Shown: positions 10,633-22,001, counted from the whole stretch's first letter. The stretch: DNA of 63,427 nt, filler included, from Octopus bimaculoides (GCF_001194135.2; 3 parts of 3 records of this genome joined end to end with filler, not necessarily neighbours in it); one strand, 5' to 3'. Notes: generated from the letters alone by a model not told the origin. Translations and numbers: made by a program.

Positions 10633-10804
10633 TTAACCTTTTGTTACCAAATTTTTATTGAAATGTACTGCCTTTCTCTTTTCATGTCTTTTGAAAATGA
10701 TGAAGAATTTCATAAAATAACTTTGTCGCTATTAAACTGATGCTTGGAACTTTGTATTGTAGAATTTTATGTGGTTCCTGACAGGTTGGCATCAAAATGG
10801 TTAG
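10633..10804. mobile_element. Second TTAA-type MITE, degenerate
   Basis: ttaaccttttgttacc .. ggcatcaaaatggtta. Confidence 0.55.
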
Positions 10805-10935
10805 ATGGAAGCTATGAAACAGTCGGTACTGGTTTACGTGGTACCAGTACCAGGTCTCATCAGCCTGTGATGAGATCCCTGTCCTGATTATAATAAAATG
10901 ATGTATGATTAATTACAAATGTAATGCTTATTTAT

Positions 10936-11146
10936 TCATCATCATCATCATCGTTTAACGTCTGCTTTCCATGCTAGCATGGGTTGGACGATTTGACTGA
11001 GGACTGGTGAAACCGGATGGCAACACCAGCCTCCAATCTGATTTGGCAGAGTTTCTACAGCTGGATGCCCTTCGTAGCGCCAACCACTAAGAGAGTGTAG
11101 TGGGTGCTTTTACGTGTCACCTGCATGAAGGCCAGTCAGGCGGTAC
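10936..11146 (-). mobile_element. SINE family F 3' part with (GAT)n tail (Nin-domain-like core)
   Basis: The reverse strand has tggttggcgctacgaagggcatccagctgtagaaac and ends in (GAT)n; cut by a gap. Confidence 0.65.
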
Positions 11147-11588
11147 NNNNNNNNNNAAGAGTTTGTTTCACTTTCTAAGCCTCTTGAGCGCGACACCTTC
11201 GACGTGACAACATCTCGCTCCTCAACGAAGCACTCTTCACCACGATGCTATTGATATGACGGCTATTTGCTCTTCTGGCATGCATCAAGGAAGCTCTTAA
11301 CCTTCCAATACCAATTACAACTTAATCAGCGGCTGCTAAACTGAATGACACGGGATTTGTAAAACCAAGCATCATCAAAAAATAAAGCTTATTTTTATTA
11401 TGTTGTTAAATTGTTCTACTGTTTCTTCATATATAATTATGTTGAAAGGTGATAGAGAGAGACTAATGTCTCTATGGCAACTATCAACCTTTTACAAGTA
11501 CATATACGTGAAAGCATGCCAAAAAGCTTAGCATGGCCTCTGCTCAAGGTTGACAAATCAAGTTCATTAAGTGTTCCATATTTTCTGT

Positions 11589-11760
11589 AGGCGCAGTCAT
11601 GGCTGTCTTGTAAGAAATTTGTTTCCCAACCACATTCCTCCGGGTTCAATCCCACGATGTGGCAACTTGGGCAAGTGTCATCAACTATAGCCCCAGGCTG
11701 ACCAAATTCTTCTGAGTGGATTTGGTAGATGGAAACTAAAAGGCCATCGTACATACATTT
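11589..11760 (+). mobile_element. SINE family B 5' half
   Basis: aggcgcagtcatggctg..cgggttcaatccc..cttgggcaagtgtc..gagtggatttggtagatggaaac. Confidence 0.85.
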
Positions 11761-12330
11761 CATTTACTTTTTTCTTCTCCAACTCCTGCTTCTTCTTCTT
11801 AGCCTTCTTTCTTCCTTCCTCTTGTTGTTGTTGTTGTTTTTCTCCTCCTCCTCCTCTCTATCACATCCACAATTGAGTCATTTAGCGACTGTTTTAACAC
11901 CCAGACTTCATGGGACGCAATTAATTCCTTGCGGGCTATTCGTTCCATGACTTGGTTGATGTGTGAGGTCAGAGAGATAGGCTTATAATTTTTAGCATCT
12001 GCCGTGTCTCTTCACTTATGGATGGGGCATATTATCCATTTCTTCAGTTTTTCTGGCAGCTTATCAATGTAAGAAAGCCCTGAAAATAAAGCTGAAGTGG
12101 TTTTGAAAGGGCTCGTTTGCTTTGCACGATTTGAGGAGGGAATCCATTAGCAGCTGAGTTTGTGTCAGCCTCATCTATGGCCAGTGTCACATCATCTTCA
12201 ATGTTAATGCAATCAATTTTCACCTCTTTGGTTACAGGTGAAGTGGCAAAGAATTCTGCTGGTTTGTTCACTTACCTGTGTCCCAGAGGTGTAGTGAATA
12301 CACCCTGGGATTGTTTGTTCAGTATTTCAC

Positions 12331-12842
12331 TGATCCTCATCGGGTTGCCTGATCCTCATTGGGTTGCCTGATCTTCATTGGGTTGCCTGATCGTCATCGG
12401 GTTGCCTGATCCTCATTGGGTTGCCTGATCCTGATCGGGTTGCCTGATCTTCACTGGGTTGCCTGATCCTCATCGGGTTGCCTGATTNNNNNNNNNNNNN
12501 NNNNNNNNNNNNNNNNNNNNNNNNNNNNNNNNNNNNNNNNNNNNNNNNNNNNNNNNNNNNNNNNNNNNNNNNNNNNNNNNNNNNNNNNNNNNNNNNNNNN
12601 NNNNNNNNNNNNNNNNNNNNNNNNNNNNNNNNNNNNNNNNNNNNNNNNNNNNNNNNNNNNNNNNNNNNNNNNNNNNNNNNNNNGGGTTGCCTGATCGTAT
12701 CGGGTTGCCTGATCGTCATCGGGTTGCCTGATCTGCATCGGGTTGCCTGATCTGCATCGGGTTGCCTGATCTGCATCGGGTTGCCTGATCCTCATCGGGT
12801 TGCCTGATCCTCATCGGGTTGCCTGATCCTCATTGGGTTGCC
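12331..12842. repeat. 19-bp minisatellite (TGATCCTCATCGGGTTGCC)n
   Basis: 8 units left and 8 units right (one of 18 bp) of a 196-N gap. Confidence 0.95.
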
Positions 12843-12956
12843 TATGAGAGAGACATGTTTTTGGAAGAGGAGTCCTGTCTTTTGGTGTACTGATGCTGTT
12901 TCTTTGGCCAAGTTAAAGAAAACTTTAGTGTTCGGCTCGATATTTTCTATGTCCGT

Positions 12957-13080
12957 GGGCATATGGAGTAGTGGTTAACAGTGCGGATTACTAACCCCAA
13001 GATTCCGAGTTCGATTCCAAGAAGTGACCTGAATAAGAACAACAACAACAACAATAATAATAAAAATAATAATAATTACT
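12957..13080 (+). mobile_element. Short tRNA-derived SINE (family G) with (AAC/AAT)n tail
   Basis: A-box-like tggagtagtgg, B-box gagttcgattcc. It lacks a matching acceptor stem, so it is not called as a tRNA gene. Confidence 0.7.
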
Positions 13081-13460
13081 CTTATACTTGTTTCAGTCAT
13101 GCTGGAGCACCGCCTTTAGTCGAGCAAATCGACCCCAGGACTTATTCTTTGTAAGCCTAGTACTTACTCTATTGGTCTCTTTTCCCGAACGGCCAAGTTA
13201 CGGGGACGTAAACACACCAGCATCGGTTGTCAAGCGATGTTGGGGGGACAAACACAGACACACAAACATATACATATATATATATACATATATATACGAC
13301 GAGCTTCTTTCAGTTTCCGTCTACCAAATCCACTCACAAGGCTTTGGTCGGCCCGAAGCTATAGTAGAAGACACTTGCCCAAGGTGCCACACAGTGGGAC
13401 TGAACCCAGAACCATGTGGTTGGTAAGCAAGCTACTTACCACACAGCCACTCCCGCGCCT
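13081..13460 (-). mobile_element. SINE family B, full length
   Basis: Reverse strand aggcgcgggagtggctgtgtggtaag..gggttcagtccc..internal (TA/TG)n..gactgaaacaag. Confidence 0.92.
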
Positions 13461-14024
13461 GCAATGTGTTAANNNNNNNNNNNNNNNNNNNNNNNNNNNN
13501 NNNNNNNNNNNNNNNNNNNNNNNNNNNNNNNNNNNNNNNNNNNNNNNNNNNNNNNNNNNNNNNNNNNNNNNNNNNNNNNNNNNNNNNNNNNNNNNNNNNN
13601 NNNNNNNNNNNNNNNNNNNNNNNNNNNNNNNNNNNNNNNNNNNNNNNNNNNNNNNNNNNNNNNNNNNNNNNNNNNNNNNNNNNNNNNNNNNNNNNNNNNN
13701 NNNNNNNNNNNNNNNNNNNNNNNNNNNNNNNNNNNNNNNNNNNNNNNNNNNNNNNNNNNNNNNNNNNNNNNNNNNNNNNNNNNNNNNNNNNNNNNNNNNN
13801 NNNNNNNNNNNNNNNNNNNNNNNNNNNNNNNNNNNNNNNNNNNNNNNNNNNNNNNNNNNNNNNNNNNNNNNNNNNNNNNNNNNNNNNNNNNNNNNNNNNN
13901 NNNNNNNNNNNNATTAAACTAAAAAAGTTTATTGATAAAATGGCTATAAAAAAAAATAAAAATAGGAAAATGAAAAACACCATTTATACATAATTTAATT
14001 TTTCTTCTTCTCTTTCTGCATTTT

Positions 14025-14200
14025 GTTCATGAGATGCATCTTGCTTCTCATGAAAATTTACATGTCAATGTTTTCATCAGACAGGGATGATCTTTTTGCC
14101 CTCAAGATGTCCTTGCCCATAGAAAACAAATGTTTCACTGCAGTACTGGAGGGGATGGCTGTGTTGAACTTGATGAACAAGTCCACCAACACTTGCTCAC
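14025..14200 (-). mobile_element. hAT transposase C-terminal dimerisation-domain remnant
   Basis: Minus-strand translation DLFIKFNTAIPSSTAVKHLFSMGKDILRAKRSSLSDENIDM*IFM (PSSxxVERLFS-like motif). Confidence 0.75.
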
Positions 14201-14230
14201 ATAAATGTTATGTGTGAATACAAAACAGAT

Positions 14231-14367
14231 GAGTTCAAATTGCGTCGAAGTCAATGTTTGCCTTTCATCCATTCGGGGTCGATAAAATAAGTACCAGTTC
14301 AACTCTGGTACGATATAACCGACATACCCCTCCCTCGACCTTACTGGCCTTGTGTGGAAATTTTGAA
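14231..14367 (+). mobile_element. SINE family A 3' part
   Basis: gagttcaaattg..cctttcatccattcggggtcgataaaataagtaccag. Confidence 0.8.
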
Positions 14368-14529
14368 TTCAATATATGTGTCAGGCATTCTTTCGATACC
14401 CGTATATGAAAACTGGAAGTCTTTGGCAATTTCCGTAAAAATATTGTATTTCTTCCATTTTTTAAATCGCTTCTGTTTATGTAGTTTTTGTGTTTATATG
14501 CATGTGTTTATGTTGGTGTATCAGTATAA

Positions 14530-14700
14530 TGCCAGTGTTAGAATGGTGGCAGCTGATGAAGGAAATGTTCTCTGTGTGGCCTGTGTGTTTTCTGTACTCT
14601 GTTTATCATTTTGCCTATGTTTTGTTTGCAACGTCCTGTACCCAGATATGCATCTATATATACAGGTAGATGTAGGTATGTACATACATGTACGTATATA
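14530..14700. repeat. Unclassified interspersed repeat I
   Basis: atggtggcagctgatgaagg..tttgcaacgtc..gtagatgtaggtatgtac recurs at 45250-45420 and, inverted, at 56940-56979. Confidence 0.75.
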
Positions 14701-14744
14701 AGCATATACTCATTTCTTATTTGTATCAGTATAGAATGCCGTCT

Positions 14745-15350
14745 CGTGTGAAGTTTTCGAAACTCCTCACCTGAAATTTTTTTCTTTTTCTTTTTCACCA
14801 CATATTCCGATTTGGTCGGAATCTACACCATCTGAAGAATATTTGTAGAGAATTTCATTTTAAAATATCCATTTGTGCGGAAGTAAAGTCCAGTCCCGAT
14901 TCTGTCAAAACAAATCCCGTTATATAGAAGTTAACTCAAACTACTGTGAATAAAAACAAAGCTATGTTTATCAAATAAATGATGTGAAAGTAGTATTAAT
15001 TATATCTCACCTCTGGTTTAATTAATGTATAAATTGGACTTCGTACACCGAATGAAAGTTCCAAAGTTCGTTTCCATAGGTCATCGGAGATATAAATATT
15101 GTTTAGAGATAGTGGGAATAAGACATGAGAGTAGGAGAAAAAGGAGAGAAGTAGATATATATATAAAGGGAAACTAGGAAGATGAGAAAAAGAAGGCGAG
15201 AGCTAAAGATACAAACGAGGGGAAAAGGGGAGACGATAGATAGAGATAAAGTGAAAAAAAAGGAAGAATGGATAATGGGACAAGAACGGGGAGTGATAGT
15301 AATGTAAAAGAGGAGAAGAGATAGATAGAAAGGAGAGAGGAGGAATTTGT
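14745..15350. repeat. Unclassified interspersed repeat H
   Basis: gtgaagttttcgaaactcc..caccatctgaa..aatcccgttata..ttaattatatctcacc plus a GA-rich tract; homologous to 16590-17165. Confidence 0.8.
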
Positions 15351-15394
15351 ATATCAATGCATAGAAAGTTTAATTCTTTTGTCTTTGTATAGAG

Positions 15395-15440
15395 CATGTG
15401 TCACCAAACTACGGCCCGCGGGCCGGTTCCGGCCCACCGA
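15395..15440 (+). mobile_element. hAT (Charlie/MER5-like) terminal inverted repeat
   Basis: CAtgtgtcaccaaactacggcccgcgggccggttccggccc resembles typical hAT ends. The partner end is not visible (gap). Confidence 0.65.
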
Positions 15441-15672
15441 CGTATGCTGAAAAGAATAAACATGCTTTAATACTGCTTCTTACACTTCTTAGATTACGCA
15501 TGTTGTATGTGTAGCAAACTCATAAGAGGCGGAGAGAGAACGTAAGTTCGTTTGCCNNNNNNNNNNNNNNNNNNNNNNNNNNNNNNNNNNNNNNNNNNNN
15601 NNNNNNNNNNNNNNNNNNNNNNNNNNNNNNNNNNNNNNNNNNNNNNNNNNNNNNNNTATATGTGTATATATG

Positions 15673-15703
<31 letters not shown>

Positions 15704-15909
15704 GTAGGTAAATATTTATATGTATGTACATATGTATATATAATGCATGTGTATATATGTATGTATATGTTGTTTAGAAAAACAATTTAATTTTTAAAAA
15801 ATTTACTTTGTTTAAAAAAGATTTTTGTTTAATTATTATATTTGTTTACAAAAAAAAGTATTTTTGATAGTCAGCCATTTCAGCCGTAAAAGAGCGCGCA
15901 CGCGCACAT

Positions 15910-16154
15910 GTATTCATTTGCATACACGCACTCACGCTTGTAGGATCGACTACTTACGACTAGCTAGTGCGGACGCGCGACTGAGCGTTTCCGAACGCGC
16001 AGTCGCGCGTCCGCGCTAGCTAGTCGTGAGTGGCCAATCCTAACCCTAACCCGCGTGTGCAAATGAATACGCGTTTAGGGTTAGGATTAGAGTTAGGGTT
16101 TGGATTAGGATCGACCACTCACGACTAGCTAGCGCGGACGCGCGACTGCGCGTT
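15910..16154. repeat. Three-arm fold-back structure with telomere-like repeats
   Basis: 40-bp arms at 15950-15989 (+), 15994-16033 (-) and 16115-16154 (+); CCCTAA/TTAGGG repeats between arms 2 and 3. Confidence 0.95.
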
Positions 16155-16214
16155 GGGGACCACTCTGCTTTAGTAGTACCTATTACTCCTTTTTCCTCAT
16201 CCCTTTATATAACC

Positions 16215-16366
16215 TTTTTACTATATAGGCGCAAGGCCTGAAATTTGGGGGAAGGGACTGGTGGATTACATCGACCGCGGCGCAATTTGAACACAGAACG
16301 TAGCGACAGACGAAATACCGCTAAGCAGGTCGTCCGGCGTGCTAACGAGTCTGCCAGCTCGCCACC
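16215..16366 (-). mobile_element. SINE family A, internally deleted
   Basis: Head and tail present; central domain missing. Confidence 0.8.
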
Positions 16367-16589
16367 TTTTCCCCTTATATTATATAAGGTATAACGTATG
16401 AAAGAAGGGTTACGTGGCAAAACATGTATGTGTGCGTGCTCACCAATGTTTTTTCTTTTGATTTTACATTGAATTCCAATATAAGCGTAATCTACAAACA
16501 AGTGCTACTCGTTGAAAGCTCCGAATACCGGATGCCAGCAAATTTATGGAGACATCAGGAGAGAATGCGATCTATCTTTCTGTGAGTTT

Positions 16590-17165
16590 GAGAAAACAAA
16601 ATCGATCGGGGTGAAGTTTTCGAAACTCCTCCGAAACAAACGAACACAGCCAACTCCAATATAATCGAGTTCACCATCTGAAAGGTATTTGTAAAAAATT
16701 TCGTTGGAAAATATCCCTTTCTGAGGAAACGAATATTTGCCGCGAAAATGAATCCCGTTATACAGGAGTTGACTTAAAGAATTGTGAATAACAACAAAGT
16801 TGTAAGGTTTATCGAATAAATCAGATAGAAACTAGTAAATGGTGTGAAAGGGGTATTAATTATATCTCACCTGTGGTTTAAGTAAAGCATAATATTCAAT
16901 GTAGTCCAGAGACTGAATGAACTTTCTTATCATCTCCAGAGGTTATGTGTCAGGTTATTGAGGATATAAACAATGTTTAGAAAAGGTGGGAGTTAGTGAG
17001 ACGAGAAAGCAGGAGGAAGGGGAGAGAATTAGATAAAGATAAAGGGAAACGTGACGGGATGAGAAAAAGGAAAAAAAGAAGGAGACCGCTAAGATACAAA
17101 GAAGGGGCGAGAAGGGAGAGAACTAGATACAGATGATTGAAACAAACTAAAAGAGGGTAAAGAGT
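16590..17165. repeat. Unclassified interspersed repeat H
   Basis: Homologous to 14745-15350. Confidence 0.8.
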
Positions 17166-17974
17166 AAAGTGGATACATATATATATATATANNNNNNNNN
17201 NNNNNNNNNNNNNNNNNNNNNNNNNNNNNNNNNNNNNNNNNNNNNNNNNNNNNNNNNNNNNNNNNNNNNNNNNNNNNNNNNNNNNNNNNNNNNNNNNNNN
17301 NNNNNNNNNNNNNNNNNNNNNNNNNNNNNNNNNNNNNNNNNNNNNNNNNNNNNNNNNNNNNNNNNNNNNNNNNNNNNNNNNNNNNNNNNNNNNNNNNNNN
17401 NNNNNNNNNNNNNNNNNNNNNNNNNNNNNNNNNNNNNNNNNNNNNNNNNNNNNNNNNNNNNNNNNNNNNNNNNNNNNNNNNNNNNNNNNNNNNNNNNNNN
17501 NNNNNNNNNNNNNNNNNNNNNNNNNNNNNNNNNNNNNNNNNNNNNNNNNNNNNNNNNNNNNNNNNNNNNNNNNNNNNNNNNNNNNNNNNNNNNNNNNNNN
17601 NNNNNNNNNNNNNNNNNNNNNNNNNNNNNNNNNNNNNNNNNNNNNNNNNNNNNNNNNNNNNNNNNNNNNNNNNNNNNNNNNNNNNNNNNNNNNNNNNNNN
17701 NNNNNNNNNNNNNNNNNNNNNNNNNNNNNNNNNNNNNNNNNNNNNNNNNNNNNNNNNNNNNNNNNNNNNNNNNNNNNNNNNNNNNNNNNNNNNNNNNNNN
17801 NNNNNNNNNNNNNNNNNNNNNNNNNNNNNNNNNNNNNNNNNNNNNNNNNNNNNNNNTACAGGGATGGACATAAGTCACTTTACCTGTTTCTTTATTATTA
17901 GAAATGGGTTAAGTGTATTATGAAATCATGATTACCGTTAAGTTAAAAGTTTTTAGGGGGTTAGCTTTAAGATT

Positions 17975-18215
17975 TGCATTGCCTCGAGTTCGGTAAAAAT
18001 GTGTTTATTATGGTAGTTTGACTTTTAGAGTCCCTCTTAGCGTGAGGCATTATTGTATAGTAATGCCCTTATATAAATTAATAAATATAAACATATTTGT
18101 AGGGAATAAATGATGTTTTTTCCCCCTTATGAGGTTTTTTCACGCTAAATACTTGATAAATTCTTATAAAGACTTTATCCTATTATTAGATTATATAGAT
18201 ACATTTATATGTATA
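17975..18215. repeat. Interspersed repeat J (blocks P then Q)
   Basis: ttgcattgcctcgagttcggtaaaaatgtg..taatgcccttatata and agggaataaatgatg..ttatcctattatt both recur at 62925-63420. Confidence 0.85.
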
Positions 18216-18242
18216 TATACATATATACATATATATATATAT

Positions 18243-18296
<54 letters not shown>

Positions 18297-18949
18297 GGGA
18301 GAATATNNNNNNNNNNNNNNNNNNNNNNNNNNNNNNNNNNNNNNNNNNNNTTAATTAATTAANNNNNNNNNNNNNNNNNNNNNNNNNNNNNNNNNNNNNN
18401 NNNNNNTATATATATATATACATATGCATGCATACATACATACATGCATACATACATACATACATACATACATACATACATACATACATACATACATACA
18501 TACATGCATCCGATACTCGGACGTGTATAATTACTGTTCATATGAAGGCAACATGCCAAATATTGGAAAAGTTGTGCTACAGAGTGCGGTAAGATTACAT
18601 GCGAATATATCTTTGCATAGGTGATTTAAACATTATATATATCACAGCATATGTATATAAACTATACAGTCATCTTAATATATTTACGTAAACACTTGAC
18701 TTGTTTTTTGTTTGATTTTTGTGTTGTTTTGTTTTTTTATGATACGCACGTAAATAAAATTAGTCAAGTATAGTTTCAAAACAATTCAAGATAAAAACAA
18801 ACACTGCTCAATTTGTATGTTTAAATAGAATTGCAGAATTAAAAACAACCTGAAAGGAAAGGTTACCCAAGTTGTGAACAACTTTAAATCTAATTCTGAC
18901 AAAACTTTGTCGAAACTTTAAAAAACAATCATTGTCTATTCTGAGAAAT

Positions 18950-20500
18950 AAATAAAAATATCAGTAAAGAGACAAAATCATCATGGCTAAACGTATGTCT
19001 CCTTCGACCACATCGTGACTACAATTACTGTATACAATGGACCTACAATCTTAAAGACTTATATGAAGCGTATATACACTCTGACCTCCAAAATTTCGGT
19101 TTTATCCAAAAGTTAAACAAAATTGTGTAACTCTAAACCCAGAATTTGCCAGAGATCTCAAATCAGTTTATCACACCTTGAATACGAAAGGCTCAATCTC
19201 TGTAACAGACACTCTCACAAAATATCAGATTGAGGGTGACTGAAGGGAAATGAAATATCGAGTTCAGCAAACAAGCCATGTAGTTAAAGAACTGGAGCAA
19301 GACTACAGTCAGCATGTCTAGCATAGACAATATGAAATAGACAGCGAAATACTGGAAATGTCAAACAGGAAATCCTCAGGACCAAACCTCATAACAAAAT
19401 AATGGTTGAAGAATTTCGCCTTTTGTTGGCAAAGTCTTATACAGTCCTATGGAGAACTGTTCCAATTTTTATCAACTGCAACTACTCTCTTCCTCCACAA
19501 AAATATCCAAACCATTTTTGCTAAAAAACATTATCGTCCAATAGCCCAATGTCAGAACAACATGTACATATTATACACTGGCAGTCTCAATTTGTTTTTG
19601 TTAATGTCACAAACATTGTAACACCTAAATAAGCTGAAGGAAAGGATGTATGGGCTTGTATACTAACCAAATCATCCCGAAAGAACCAGTAAAATATCGC
19701 AGGAGCTTAAACGTAATGTGACGGAACTACCAGAAGGCTTTTGGTAGTATACCACATGGTTGGATTATTAGGGCTTTACAGTTAGCCAAAGTCCCACAAC
19801 AACATGTGAGTTCTATGGAACGCCTGACCAAGACTTAATACACCACTTTGCACCTTAGGAAACGTAAGGAGCAAATTGAGTCGAATAGTATTCACTACAT
19901 CTTCCTCGGTGATAACCTGTCGGTGTTGTTTCTTTTCGCTTTCTCATGAAACTCACTATTACACCTGCTCACAACACAGTGGCCATGGAAATAGATCCAG
20001 AAGTATTTCTCATCTTTTCTTTGTCGATCACCTGAAAATTTATGGGCCAAATATCAACCACATAAAAAAACAATGGGACGCAATTTTCTAGACGAAAATC
20101 AATTGCCCTCTTGACACTAATGTGGTTAGAAAAATACAAGAGAAAGAGAACATCTATGGACCATTAATAAGAAGTTTTCAAATCCAGTACTCAGGATATA
20201 TTTTCCCCTTCGTACTTGTGATTATTGAAGCAACAGGACACATACCAACCCATATGGGGCAATATATGGCAGAACGTGGGTTCTTAGGGAGAGTATGCAA
20301 ATCCTTAATTCATACACCACAAACGAGCAAGATATGCTGGACTATAAAATCTGCAAAGATCTTGTTAAGATTAAAAGGATGATGAAGAAAACAAGATGCT
20401 TTCCTTCACAGTCTTGCTACCAAGTAGAGGGCCGATCAAAATTCATTCTAAATCAGAAACAGAAAGAGAAGAACATTCATACACACCAACTTATAAATTA
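18950..20500 (+). mobile_element. Degenerate R4/Dong-type non-LTR retrotransposon (RT region)
   Basis: RKSSGPNLITK*WLK (about 19370), KHYRPIAQCQNNMYILYT (about 19530), NYQKAFGSIPHGWIIRAL (about 19725); many stops and frameshifts. Confidence 0.65.
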
Positions 20501-20601
20501 GTCGAGCGCATTTTAATCTTATCTACCAAAGAAGATACACCTTGTTCCTAGATTTTCGTGTTTGTGTGTCTATGCGTAAGCCTACATATATATACGCGCG
20601 C

Positions 20602-20662
<61 letters not shown>

Positions 20663-21042
20663 TGTGTTAGTAATGAGCAACTATTCATTCAGTTATGTTA
20701 GGATGAAATCTTTAACAAATTAGTTATATTTTTAAATAAGATGTTAATATACACGTTTATTCATAACCACGCTCTGTTGGAGTTTTAATATTAAATTCAG
20801 ACGTCTGCATCGTACAGTTATATACATTTCTTTACGCCAATAATACCTTGTTTACGTATTTCCTAGGAAGACATGTTCTTTTCTTAATTTCGGCAGTTAA
20901 GACATGAAGTGAATGATATCTAATGAGCATTTACGAAATAGAAAAACAGTCGTACACACTACTTTATTCTCATTTTACTTTTAGCTGTCGAAGCTCCCAC
21001 GGGTTTTTCCATATATATTTTAATGTAGACATACACACACAT

Positions 21043-21111
21043 AAGCGCAGTCACGGCTGTGTATTAACACGTTTGCTTCTCAATTACATAGTCTCGGGTT
21101 CAGTCCCACAG
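21043..21111 (+). mobile_element. SINE family B head
   Basis: aagcgcagtcacggctgtgt..cgggttcagtcccaca. Confidence 0.6.
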
Positions 21112-21207
21112 TGTGTGTGTGTATGTGTGTGTGTGTATGTGTGTGCGTGTATGTGTGTGTGTGTGTGTGCGTGCGCGCATGTGTGTGTGTGTACTTGTGT
21201 GTATGTG

Positions 21208-22001
21208 CAAGTAGGCACCTAAAAGTAACCAGAAACGTTCTCTGTGGGATAAACCCGTTGCAGTTCAGCCGTCCATTGCCAGAAGCCACTTGATGCGACG
21301 CTCAGGCATCAGTCTGCCGACTGTCGTCTTCAGGTCGAACTCCCACGTGGTGCGTCTTTGTTATGCATTGCTTCTCTCCTGTTCGTCGATTTTTGCGTTG
21401 AGTGAAACAAAGGAACAGCGTGCTTCCGAGAAATTCTGTTTTCTGTTCGAGAAAAACGGTGGCCGAAACAGTTGTTATGCTTCAAACAGCTTACAAAGAG
21501 GCTACCATGAGCAAAACGCAAGTTTACGTGTGGTTTTCATGCTTTTAGAATGGTCATTTGTCGTTCGAAGACTAAACGTGATCAGGGCGAGCGTCGACCT
21601 CCTGAACGAATGAAACATTATGATAATTCATGAACCGTCTGGGAAGACCGTCACCGAACAATTAACAATTTTGTTGATATGAACAGTGTGTCCTGGAACT
21701 CCTGCCAACGAATTTTGAGCGAGGAATTGCGAATGAAAAGAGATGCAGCAAAATTTGTACCTCGCTTGCTCACGGACGATCAAAAGCAGTCACGACTGAG
21801 TGCATGTCGTGAACTAAAAGAACAGTTGGAAGGTATCACTTCGCAAGAACTCCAACACTGCTTTGAACAGTGAAAAACACTTCTGAACTGATGCTTTGCC
21901 TCAAATGGAGAATACTTTGAAGGCGATAAAAGTGTAAACATGTAAAACTAAGTGAATGAAATAATATTGCAAAATTCCGGTTTCTTTTGGGTACCCACTC
22001 G
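21208..22001 (+). mobile_element. Internally deleted mariner element with both TIRs
   Basis: TIRs caagtaggcacctaaaagtaaccaga / tccggtttcttttgggtacccactcg followed by TA. Transposase pieces EQRAS.KFCF, KFVPRLLTDDQKQSRL and NGEYFEGDK; the DDD domain is deleted. Confidence 0.88.

Noticed and set aside
12375-12795. ORFs with MRIRQPDEDQATR repeats
   Set aside because: Translations of a 19-bp unit that shifts frame each copy. TGA closes all frames within three standard units, and the ORFs span Ns.
12331-12842. Possible CRISPR-like array
   Set aside because: Units are contiguous with no unique spacers, in a eukaryotic context.
12957-13030. Possible tRNA gene
   Set aside because: It has A/B boxes but no complementary acceptor stem and runs into a simple-repeat tail; treated as a SINE.
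14560-14610. CTGATGA in repeat I as a hammerhead core (also at about 45270)
   Set aside because: No downstream GAAA box after a plausible stem II in either copy.
18307-18406. TTAATTAATTAA island inside Ns, repeated identically at 50086-50185
   Set aside because: Both are exactly 44 N + 12 bp + 44 N = 100 bp and the 12-mer has stops in all six frames. This is an artificial scaffolding spacer, not biology.
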